A model generated the notes under the pieces. The model saw only the letters and a list, made by a program, of their open reading frames with translations, had not been told where the DNA came from and ran no database searches. From Gallionellaceae bacterium (GTDB lineage Bacteria; Pseudomonadota; Gammaproteobacteria; Burkholderiales; Gallionellaceae): DNA of 64,000 nt. Both the position numbers and the translations under genes were made by a program. Each line of letters begins with the position of its first letter. Position 1 is the first letter of the stretch. This document shows positions 41,754 to 50,015 of this stretch, in pieces. Where the stretch lies: assembly GCA_019753125.1 (NCBI GenBank), contig JAIELH010000029.1:2428-66427 (forward strand). The letters are read 5' to 3'.

Positions 41754-43184
41754 TTATGCTTTGACGGGGATGGCGTTCGTGTCGCGCGCGGCTCCCGCCT
41801 TGCGCACCGTCATCACCACGTTGTACAACATGATCCAGGCGCCCAGATTGAAGATGACCCCGCCGATCGCGCGCATCGCATAATACGGATGCATCGCCGC
41901 CACCGATTCGACAAAGGTGTAGGTCAATGCGCCATATTCATCATAATCGCGCCACATCAATCCCTGCATGATGCCGGATACCCACATCGCAACGACATAA
42001 ATTACCGTGCCGACGGTTGATAGCCAGAAGTGCACATTGACCAGGTTGTCGGAATACATCTCGGTGTTCCACAGTTTTTTGACCATGTGATAGAGCGCGC
42101 CAATCGCGACCATCGCCACCCAGCCCAGCGCGCCGGAATGCACGTGGCCAACCGTCCAGTCGGTGTAATGCGACAACGCGTTCACGGTCTTGATCGACAT
42201 AACCGGGCCTTCGAACGTGGACATTGCGTAAAACGCCAGCGACACCACCAGAAAACGCATGATGTAATCGGTACGCAACCGGTCCCATGCGCCGGACAGC
42301 GTCATCATGCCGTTCATCGCGCCGCCCCAGGACGGGATGATCATTGCCAGTGAAACCGCCGCACCCAGCGAACCGGTCCAGTCGGGCAATGCGGTGTATT
42401 GCAGATGGTGCGCGCCCAGCCATACATAGCCGAAGGTCAGCGCCCAGAAGTGCAGCACCGACAAGCGATACGAAAATACCGGGCGGTTCGCCTGCTTGGG
42501 CACGAAGTAATACATGATGCCGAGAAAGCCGGCGGTCAGGTAGAAGCCTACCGCATTATGGCCCCACCACCATTGCACCATCGCGTCCTGCACGCCGGAA
42601 AAGATCGAATAGGACTTGGTCAGGCTGACCGGGATAGCCAAGCTGTTCACGACATGCAGGTAAGTGATCATGATGATCATGCTCATCGTGAACCAGTTGG
42701 AAACGTAGATGTGCGAAGTCTTGCGGATCGCCACAGTCATGATGTGGTTCAGGCCGAACGCCAGCCAGACCACCGCGATCAGGATGTCGATCGGCCATTC
42801 CAGCTCGGCGTACTCCTTGGATTGGGTGATGCCCAGCGGCAGCGTGATCACGGCCAGCACGATAATCAGGTTCCAGCCCCAGAACGTGAACCACGCCAGA
42901 CCGTTGCTCCATAGCCTGGTCGCGCCGGTACGCTGCACCATGTAATAACCGGTGGCCATCAGCGTACAACCGCCAAACGCAAAAACTACCGCATTGGTGT
43001 GCAACGGGCGCAAACGCCCGAACGTGATGTAAGGGATATCGAAGTTCAGAAACGGCCATGCCAGTTCCGATGCGATATACACGCCGATCAGTGTACCCAC
43101 TACCAAATAAATAACGGCTGCGACGGAAAACCATCGCACCACTTCCATATCGTATTTTACTGGTGTCGCCTGAGCTGCTTCCAC
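41754..43184 (-). CDS. ccoN: cbb3-type cytochrome c oxidase subunit I
   Basis: [42 protein letters not shown]; GTG start after GGAAGGGG. Confidence 0.97.
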   Translation of the reverse strand: MEAAQATPVKYDMEVVRWFSVAAVIYLVVGTLIGVYIASELAWPFLNFDIPYITFGRLRPLHTNAVVFAFGGCTLMATGYYMVQRTGATRLWSNGLAWFTFWGWNLIIVLAVITLPLGITQSKEYAELEWPIDILIAVVWLAFGLNHIMTVAIRKTSHIYVSNWFTMSMIIMITYLHVVNSLAIPVSLTKSYSIFSGVQDAMVQWWWGHNAVGFYLTAGFLGIMYYFVPKQANRPVFSYRLSVLHFWALTFGYVWLGAHHLQYTALPDWTGSLGAAVSLAMIIPSWGGAMNGMMTLSGAWDRLRTDYIMRFLVVSLAFYAMSTFEGPVMSIKTVNALSHYTDWTVGHVHSGALGWVAMVAIGALYHMVKKLWNTEMYSDNLVNVHFWLSTVGTVIYVVAMWVSGIMQGLMWRDYDEYGALTYTFVESVAAMHPYYAMRAIGGVIFNLGAWIMLYNVVMTVRKAGAARDTNAIPVKA

Positions 43185-43288
43185 AGTACCCCCTTCCACA
43201 GAGCCCGATTAAAAATAAAAGTATTCGCCGCAACCGCGACGAGAATGACGCAGCGCTGCTATTATGCTACCTAAAAATCAATAAAACA

Positions 43289-43302
43289 CTGATGCGCGTC
43301 AA
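43289..43302 (-). promoter_or_regulatory. FNR box upstream of ccoN
   Basis: TTGAC-GCGC-ATCAG with CATAAT -10 at 43261-43266 (class II spacing). Confidence 0.75.
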
Positions 43303-43435
43303 CCAAATTACCCTATTCATGTCATTTTCATGATCATCTGCCATCAGGGCAAATTGGTTAATCAGCGTAATCGCCAAAAGGTCAAGTCGGCAGCTTGGCC
43401 TTTTGGCGATCGTTTTGCCTCAGCCATGCCCGCAA

Positions 43436-44095
43436 TCAGAATTTGAAACCGTAACCGATGCCCACCAGCAGAGGGTCGGCCTTGATGGTGCTGATTTTAC
43501 CCAGCGCGCTATTGGTGAGGTCAGTCTGGATGTAAACCTTCTTCACGTCGAAGTTGATGTAGGAGTTTGCGCCCACCTTCACGTCGAAACCTGCCTGCAA
43601 GGCGCCGCCGAAGCTGGATTTGTCAAGCGTATTGGCTCCGCCCGAAACGGTATTGAGCGGCGCGAGATTCACAGCGGAAAACCTGGTGTAATTAAAGCCT
43701 GCGCCAACATAGGGGCGGAACTGCGCATCCGGCGTGAAGTGATATTGGAGCGTCAAAGTTGGCGGCAACTCCTTCAGTGAGCCCGCATTGAAAGCGCCGG
43801 CTGCACTCTGAGTTACACGCACCGCATGCTTCTGCGGATAAGTCAGGATAAGTTCAGCGGCGAGGTTTTTGGTAAAGAAATAAGAAAAATCCACTTCCGG
43901 TATCGTTTTTTCCTCGAGATGAATACCATTTGCGGGAACGGCGAGCGCACCGATTGAGCCCGATTTATCCGCCCAATCCACATGAACCGCGCGCACGCGC
44001 ATCATCCAGTTACCGTCACCCTCCGCACATGCGTTAAACGAGGCAAACAATGCTCCCGACACAGCCACAGCTAATATTTTCTTTTGCATAATCAT
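43436..44095 (-). CDS. ompW: Outer membrane protein OmpW
   Basis: Signal peptide, PEVDFSYF, LPPTLTLQYHF, PYVGAG.NY, terminal GYGFKF. Confidence 0.92.
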   Translation of the reverse strand: MIMQKKILAVAVSGALFASFNACAEGDGNWMMRVRAVHVDWADKSGSIGALAVPANGIHLEEKTIPEVDFSYFFTKNLAAELILTYPQKHAVRVTQSAAGAFNAGSLKELPPTLTLQYHFTPDAQFRPYVGAGFNYTRFSAVNLAPLNTVSGGANTLDKSSFGGALQAGFDVKVGANSYINFDVKKVYIQTDLTNSALGKISTIKADPLLVGIGYGFKF

Positions 44096-44198
44096 TCCTT
44101 AAATATTGTGAAGTAAAGCTTTCTAAAAAAGCCGCTCGTAGTTTTTATCCCGCCGCAAACTACCGCGCGCATTTTCTGTTCGGCAGTTGAAAAAAACC

Positions 44199-44212
44199 CT
44201 GATGCACATCAG
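44199..44212 (-). promoter_or_regulatory. FNR box upstream of ompW
   Basis: CTGAT-GTGC-ATCAG palindrome, GAAAAT at the same spacing as the ccoN -10. Confidence 0.6.
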
Positions 44213-44321
44213 CCTTGCTGTTCGATGCGGCACGAATTACAAAAAGGGAGCGACGCGAAAGAGCCTCGGCGCACGGACTGGATGTCCGCAGCGAGGCTGC
44301 GTAAAATGGCGATCAGAAAAA

Positions 44322-45104
44322 CTAGCGGAGATTCACTAACCGCAGCGGCGGAGAAGCCCGCGAAACGGCAGGATAATGATAAGGTTCACACGCAATGTCA
44401 CTCAAACGTTTGAGGTCATTCAAAATGATATATCTGCGTTCGCTGGTGACTACGCCTTCCGCCTGAAAACGTGTAAAAATACGGCAGACAGTCTCCTCCG
44501 CAATGCCCAGATAATCGCCAATGTCGCCACGCGACATGCTCAAATTGAATCTGGTGGGCGAATAATTACGCATGGCGAAACGCCGCGATATGTTCAGCAA
44601 ATAAGTTGCCAGGCGCTCTTCGGCATTTTTCTTCCCGAGCAGCAGCATCAATTCCTGGTTGAGCTTGATTTCCTTGCTCATCATCCTGAGCATTTGGTAA
44701 TAAACCGAAGGGATTTGCCGCACCAATTCCTCGAAACAACTCAACGAAATCTCGCACACCGAAGTTGTTTCCAGCGCCATCGCTTCGCAGTGATAACGTT
44801 TTTCGTCCATCTCGTTCAATCCGAGCAGCTCGCCCGGAATGTGGAAGCCGGTGATTTGCAGGCGGCCGTCGCCGGTAGAAAGATAGGTTTTGACCGAGCC
44901 GCTACGGAGGGCGTAAACACTGGTCAGCTCTTCATCGGCACGGTAAAGTATCTGGCCGCGTTTGAGCATACGCTTTCTTTTCACGTAACGGTCGAGCAGC
45001 CTCGTATCCGCGCTGCCCAATCCCATGGACAAGCCAATTTGATAAAAGCCGCAATCCCGGCAGGCTATTGCAGGGCAACCTTGCTCTTGCATTAATTGAC
45101 GCAT
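44322..45104 (-). CDS. fnr: FNR/Anr-family transcriptional regulator
   Basis: N-terminal CRDC, QITGFHIPGELLG, SVCEI, AEERLA, MSRGDIGDYLG..ETVCR. Confidence 0.88.
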   Translation of the reverse strand: MRQLMQEQGCPAIACRDCGFYQIGLSMGLGSADTRLLDRYVKRKRMLKRGQILYRADEELTSVYALRSGSVKTYLSTGDGRLQITGFHIPGELLGLNEMDEKRYHCEAMALETTSVCEISLSCFEELVRQIPSVYYQMLRMMSKEIKLNQELMLLLGKKNAEERLATYLLNISRRFAMRNYSPTRFNLSMSRGDIGDYLGIAEETVCRIFTRFQAEGVVTSERRYIILNDLKRLSDIACEPYHYPAVSRASPPLRLVNLR

Positions 45105-45265
45105 CACAACCCCCTTTGCTCAGACTTACCGCTCCTGCGCGCCGCGCAAGAACGCATCCACATCGCAGAGCGGTGTCTGTGGTATCGGCGGCAGGTGGCA
45201 CTCTGCCGCAACCGCAATGCAAAAATGCAGGCTTCCTATCATCCTGCCCGGCAATTAAAAAAACA

Positions 45266-45279
45266 CTGACACAAGTCAA
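45266..45279 (-). promoter_or_regulatory. FNR box upstream of fnr
   Basis: TTGAC-TTGT-GTCAG, GATGAT at the class II -10 position. Confidence 0.55.
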
Positions 45280-45331
45280 CCAACGTGATGTTTATGTTGA
45301 TTCAGGCGCTTCAGGTGTCCATCATAGAAGT

Positions 45332-45359
45332 TTGTCATTTGAGGCATTATCGGTATAAT
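45332..45359 (+). promoter_or_regulatory. Sigma70 promoter of tRNA-Phe
   Basis: TTGTCA-16 nt-TATAAT followed by GC-rich discriminator gcgcggc. Confidence 0.75.
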
Positions 45360-45413
45360 GCGCGGCTTCGCAAGTTGGCTGCATCTTAATAACACATAAG
45401 TAATCAGCGAAAT

Positions 45414-45489
<76 letters not shown>

Positions 45490-45502
45490 GAACAAAGAAA
45501 TT

Positions 45503-45528
45503 AAGCCCCTGTTCGCAGGGGCTTTTTT
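45503..45528 (+). terminator. Intrinsic terminator after the tRNA (island-supplied)
   Basis: aagcccctg-ttcg-caggggctt then T run. Confidence 0.85.
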
Positions 45529-45627
45529 CTTGTCAAAACTCCTTAATAGTCTTGATTTATAAGGCTTTCACATATCTCCCGCTGTCCTTGATTGTCTCTG
45601 ATTGTCTCCCTGTATCCATGCTTTCCA

Positions 45628-45690
45628 GTGGGTAATAATGTGGGTAATGAAGGCGTTTTTGGTAGACTGTGGGTAATGACATTACCCGCA
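45628..45690. repeat. Putative integrase arm-binding sites (left)
   Basis: GTGGGTAAT three times plus inverted ATTACCCGC; the same tandem pair occurs at 57049-57070. Confidence 0.75.
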
Positions 45691-45700
45691 GGGGCGAAAA

Positions 45701-46945
45701 ATGGGCAAATTGAACGACAAGGCAGTCCAAGCGGCGCAGCCGGGCGAGAAGGTGCGCAAGATCAGCGACGGCGACGGCCTGTCGCTGGTCGTGCAGCCGA
45801 ACGGCTCTAAGCTATGGTGGCTGCGATATCGATTCGGCGGCAAGGAAAAGACGCTCTCGCTCGGTCAATATCCGCTGGTGACCCTCAAACAGGCTCGTGA
45901 GTGGGCATACGACGCCCGCAAGCTGCTGGCAGCCGGCAGCGATCCAGGCGAAGTGAAAAAAGCGGCAGCAGCCGAGGCTGCGCCCGCCTCTGCGCCAATC
46001 GGCAAGACCGTCGAGCAGATCGCGCGCGAATGGTTCGAGAAGTTCTCGAAGCAATGGGCGCCAGGACACGCAAGCAAAATCGAGCGACGGCTCGAACGTG
46101 ACTTGTTCCCGCACTTGGGTAGGGCCGGAATCGCCGCCGTTCGCCCTGCCGAGCTACTTGCGGCGGCTCGGAGGGTGGAAGCTCGCGGTGCGGTAGAGAC
46201 AGCGCATCGGCTGCTTAACAACTGCGGCCAGGTCTGGCGGTATGCCGTGGCAACTGGCAGGGCGGAACGTGACATTACGGGGGACTTGAAGGGTGCGCTG
46301 CCACCTGTAAAGACCTCACATCTCGGCGCAATCACCGAGCCAGACGAGGTAGGCGCGCTCCTGCGCGCAATCGAGGAATATCGAGGGGGCGAAGTGGTGC
46401 GGCTGGCGCTGCGGCTGGCTCCACACGTCTTTCTGCGTCCCGGTGAGCTGCGTCAGGGCCGCAAAGAGGAATTCAAGCTAGGGGAGGAGGCGGGCGAGTG
46501 GGAAATTCCGGCGGAAAAGATGAAAGGACGCCGCCCGCACGTCGTCCCGCTGTCTCGACAGGCCGTCGAAATTGTCAGGGATGCGATGGAAGCGGCCGGG
46601 GATAGTGAGTGGCTATTCCCATCACCGCTGTCTGCGTCGCGCTGCATATCCGATATGGCGCTTCTGACGGCGATCCGGCGCATGGGATACTCGAAAGAGG
46701 AGATGACGGCGCACGGATTCCGCGCGATGGCTTCGACGAATCTTGAGCATCTGGGCTACGATGTCAGGCTAATCGAGTTGCAGCTTGCGCACGCCGATCA
46801 GAACGACGTGCGGGCGGCGTACAAGAGGGACGTGAGCCGGTTGCAGATTGAGGCTCGGGCGAAGATGATGCAGGATTGGTCGAACTATCTCGATAGCCTT
46901 AGAGTTGGTGCGCAGGTCATCCCGTTTAGATCTGCGAGTTCATAA
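45701..46945 (+). CDS. P4-type tyrosine integrase
   Basis: Arm-binding domain SDGDGLSL..W.LRYRFGGKEK.LSLG.YP; LRPGE, HGFR, QLAH, AY catalytic residues. Confidence 0.96.
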   Translation: MGKLNDKAVQAAQPGEKVRKISDGDGLSLVVQPNGSKLWWLRYRFGGKEKTLSLGQYPLVTLKQAREWAYDARKLLAAGSDPGEVKKAAAAEAAPASAPIGKTVEQIAREWFEKFSKQWAPGHASKIERRLERDLFPHLGRAGIAAVRPAELLAAARRVEARGAVETAHRLLNNCGQVWRYAVATGRAERDITGDLKGALPPVKTSHLGAITEPDEVGALLRAIEEYRGGEVVRLALRLAPHVFLRPGELRQGRKEEFKLGEEAGEWEIPAEKMKGRRPHVVPLSRQAVEIVRDAMEAAGDSEWLFPSPLSASRCISDMALLTAIRRMGYSKEEMTAHGFRAMASTNLEHLGYDVRLIELQLAHADQNDVRAAYKRDVSRLQIEARAKMMQDWSNYLDSLRVGAQVIPFRSASS

Positions 46946-46987
46946 ACCAATTTTGGCAAATTTAGCTTTCTGAATAGTGGGAGTTTA

Positions 46988-47749
46988 ATGAACTGGAAAG
47001 ACGAGCCGTTACTTAGTTGGGTTAACCGCCAAGTCCCTCCCTGGGCCAATAATCAAATCCTCCATTGGAATGATGTGTTTCCTTGCGGCGACGATTTTGA
47101 CGTTAGGGAGTTCCTGATTGAAGAGCGCAGGAACTCTAATTCAACTCTTGATATGCGAAATGTAGTTGGCCAGTGGGATCACTATGCGGGGCAAACATGG
47201 GCAGAAGCTCTATTCGATCCCAAATGGAAACCTGGCAAAATTCGTCACTGCCTCGACAAGGCTGATGAAAACCCTGAATATTATTTCAATGGGGACGTTC
47301 AAGACGACATCAGCTTTAACTCGATTGATGGGATTTCCTGGTATTCAGTTAACAGCGGGAACCATCGTACAATCATCGCAAAATTTCTATGCGAAATGTA
47401 TTACGAGAAGACCGGACATTACCCACTTGTCGCTGGAGTCAGCACAACCCACTATGTGATTGACTGGGAGCTTTATAACCTTTTTAAGCAGCTTCGGAAG
47501 CTTCAAGATCATGGGATTCATGTTTCATTCCCACCAAGATCGATGCGTCGCACAGAGTTGTTTTTTAGTGTTGGTGATTACCGCTTCAATCGAGATGGAA
47601 GGTGTGGGCAATTGAAACCCAACCAATTCAAAGCCTATGCCAAGTGGGTTATTCAAAATGACGGAGCCTTAACGCGTTGGGATAAATTCCATCATCTTAA
47701 ACAAGTTGTTTTTGGAGATTCCAGGAAGCTGATTTACCCTAAAAAATGA
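46988..47749 (+). CDS. Hypothetical cargo protein with ParB/Srx-like GNHR motif
   Basis: 253 aa AT-rich ORF with GGGAG RBS; WYSVNSGNHRT. Confidence 0.7.
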   Translation: MNWKDEPLLSWVNRQVPPWANNQILHWNDVFPCGDDFDVREFLIEERRNSNSTLDMRNVVGQWDHYAGQTWAEALFDPKWKPGKIRHCLDKADENPEYYFNGDVQDDISFNSIDGISWYSVNSGNHRTIIAKFLCEMYYEKTGHYPLVAGVSTTHYVIDWELYNLFKQLRKLQDHGIHVSFPPRSMRRTELFFSVGDYRFNRDGRCGQLKPNQFKAYAKWVIQNDGALTRWDKFHHLKQVVFGDSRKLIYPKK

Positions 47750-47797
47750 AGATGGATATATCGCTATCGTTTTAATCACAGAGAGGGGAGCTAATCA

Positions 47798-48010
47798 ATG
47801 CAAGAATGCGAAATAGATGATGATGGCAATGTCACTTGCCCGAGTTGCGGTCAGGTATACACGGCAATTGGTAATTGCCACCCGACTCCGGCTCCAAAAG
47901 GTTCAGGTGGGTGCATCAAGATTTGCTATTGCCCCTCATGCAACGAGTCATGCTGTGCAGAAAGAGACGCACCCCGTTTAGAACCATCAGGGCCATCGTT
48001 TTCTTTTTAA
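47798..48010 (+). CDS. Small Cys-rich (zinc-ribbon-like) protein
   Basis: GAGGGGAG RBS; CPSC twice, many Cys. Confidence 0.6.
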   Translation: MQECEIDDDGNVTCPSCGQVYTAIGNCHPTPAPKGSGGCIKICYCPSCNESCCAERDAPRLEPSGPSFSF

Positions 48011-48023
48011 CCGCTCCCTATCA

Positions 48024-48572
48024 CTAACCGTTAATGATCGCACCCAGCCTTGCCATCCACTCCTCCCCAGCTCGATGATTGATGAGCGGAACTTTGTATA
48101 ACGGCTTCGCAGGATTATTAGTCTTGAACACAAGCTGATTGCTTGCCTGTCTTGTGTTAGCCCGAATTTTATCTCCCCAAACATTCGTGGAGCCGTCGAT
48201 CTTATCAATCCACTGGTGCTCATAGCCCAAGATGTCGTAAAGGCTGTAGAAGTCGTACGTTTTTGCCCCAAGGTCAACAAACGCAATCACCTTCGACTTG
48301 GAGTCGATTAAGGCCTGTCCAACTTGGTAATCAGCGTTGTGACCACGCTTTTCCAAGTCCGCCTTAGCAGCCTCGTACAACGCACTGTTGCTCTTAATGA
48401 ACCACACGATGCTGCCCACAACCAATCCCGCCACGGCCCATACGACACCAGCCCCAATATTTCCCGACGATATCCATCCGACCACAAACGCGACTACTAC
48501 CACCCCGCCAGCAATCTTTCCGAATCGGGGTCGATTTTCCGAGAGTGAAAACTGAACACGTTGGTAAGCCAT
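48024..48572 (-). CDS. Membrane protein, 2 TM plus soluble beta-rich domain; possible ExcA-like entry exclusion protein
   Basis: GGAGAG RBS; two hydrophobic helices then ALIDSKSKVIAFV..DILGYE..LVFKT..P; function inferred from architecture and proximity to traY. Confidence 0.7.
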   Translation of the reverse strand: MAYQRVQFSLSENRPRFGKIAGGVVVVAFVVGWISSGNIGAGVVWAVAGLVVGSIVWFIKSNSALYEAAKADLEKRGHNADYQVGQALIDSKSKVIAFVDLGAKTYDFYSLYDILGYEHQWIDKIDGSTNVWGDKIRANTRQASNQLVFKTNNPAKPLYKVPLINHRAGEEWMARLGAIING

Positions 48573-48660
48573 TTATCTCTCCAGGTTGTTGGTCAGAATT
48601 GCCGAGCGCTGGGTGACTCAAGTCGAACCCAATATTTGCGCCGGAAGTATATTCCAGTAT

Positions 48661-48900
48661 TTAGTTGCCTTGCCTCTTCTCGCGGAAATAGAGGATCAGC
48701 GCCGCCACCATTTGCCCGGCCAGGCGTGGCGCAATAAAGAACGTCCACACGAAGGCCGCGAATAGCGCAGTGATAGTCCCCAAGACAGGATTGATCCAGA
48801 ATGCCGCAGCGACGATCAGTCCTGTCCATATAAGCAATCCAACCAATACTTTCAGCAGCTCCATGACCTTGGAGCCATTGCTTTTCTGTATCGTGATCAT
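48661..48900 (-). CDS. Small membrane protein
   Basis: Hydrophobic ORF, AGGGGA RBS, start 48900 or 48864. Confidence 0.6.
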   Translation of the reverse strand: MITIQKSNGSKVMELLKVLVGLLIWTGLIVAAAFWINPVLGTITALFAAFVWTFFIAPRLAGQMVAALILYFREKRQGN

Positions 48901-48930
48901 TTGTTTTCCCCTTCTCTCTGGTTTACTTGC

Positions 48931-49305
48931 TCAGTCGTAAATTTTGGCACCGGCCATCCGGCTAGTACGGCACTCCACATATTCCGCAGCATGATCGCAG
49001 CCTGCCCAGTAAGCATCCGCCTCCGGCGTGCCTGGCTGATATACATCTCCTGGAAGGAAAGTACCTTCCAGCAAACGCCTGAGCTTCGCCTCAAAGCCTC
49101 TTCGGTATGCCGGGCTTCTCGGTGTTGCGCCAACGCTGAACCTGTCAGACATTCCATCTTCGACTGTGAATAGGTTTCCCCCTCCTGCTCGTTGATGGGC
49201 CTCGCTGGCGGTGGGTTTAAGTGCATCGGGTTGGTGGGCCTCGCGGGTGCCGCGAAGGGCGGCGGTGTTGATTTGCCGGATGGATTGGTTGTTTGTTGTG
49301 CTCAT
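48931..49305 (-). CDS. Small mobile-element hypothetical protein (PRS.AY..G ... GT.EADA..AG motif)
   Basis: ATG 49305 after GAAAGGG at the base of the long hairpin (alternative ATG 49152); motif recalled from plasmid/ICE small proteins. Confidence 0.55.
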   Translation of the reverse strand: MSTTNNQSIRQINTAALRGTREAHQPDALKPTASEAHQRAGGGNLFTVEDGMSDRFSVGATPRSPAYRRGFEAKLRRLLEGTFLPGDVYQPGTPEADAYWAGCDHAAEYVECRTSRMAGAKIYD

Positions 49306-49310
49306 GGTTT

Positions 49311-49565
49311 GCCCTTTCGTTTGTGGTTTACATCGGTTCGGAGCCGCCTCACCCTGTCCGCGACGATCTGACGGGCGTTTAGACGGGGGCACAAGGCATG
49401 ACAAAAGCGAGCGAGTGGTGCGGCCAGCGCGGAGCCGAAGGCGAGCACTGCCACGGTCGTTTGCGCCCGCCGCAGGCGGTTTGGCGTGACTTGTGCGCTT
49501 TTCCCCGGCTGCCCGGCATGTCGGCGCAAGGGTGGCTCCGAACCGATGTTCGCAAACGAAAGGGC
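49311..49565 (-). promoter_or_regulatory. ~255-nt imperfect hairpin, candidate Frpo/ssi-type single-stranded DNA promoter
   Basis: gccctttcgtttg..acatcggttcggagcc pairs with ggctccgaaccgatgt..caaacgaaagggc; inner arms also pair; TTGTCA-17-TAAACG at 49404-49376. Confidence 0.6.
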
Positions 49566-50015
49566 GAGCACAACGAACGGCTTCCAATCTTTCCGGCAAA
49601 TCGGCGCTGCGTGCAGCGCCACGCTTTTATCAAAGGAGCCATTGCGACGGCGCAGCCGTGGCGATGACAACCCGCCTTTGCTTCGTGAGCCGTGTCGCCG
49701 CAGGCGTGACGGCGATTGCTTCTTCGGAGGCTGCAAGTTATCCATGCCCGCAGCAAAACCGGCGCACACCACGCCAGGCGTTTTGCGGAGAGGTGTGGGT
49801 AACTTTGCAGCCTCCGGCACGCGCAGCGTGCAAGCGGCAGGGATTGATACCCGAAGGGCCGAGACCTTGGGCTCGGTCTGCTGTATTGCGCAATACAGCG
49901 ATGAAAGCCCGACCGGCAAAGCCGAGCCGCCAACGTCAGCAAAAGAGATATGCAGAGAAATTCCGTCAAATATTTTCAAACCGAGTCATTCTCATGACGA
50001 CCACCGCAAACCGCC

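Noticed and set aside
45628-45690. GTGGGTAAT repeats as a CRISPR array
   Set aside because: Units are 9 bp with no unique spacers; mirrored at the other island end, so better explained as integrase arm sites.
49300-49330. GGGCAAACC on the minus strand as a c-di-GMP-I riboswitch
   Set aside because: The GAAA tetraloop stem and GACGCAAA/P2 elements do not follow; it runs straight into an ATG.
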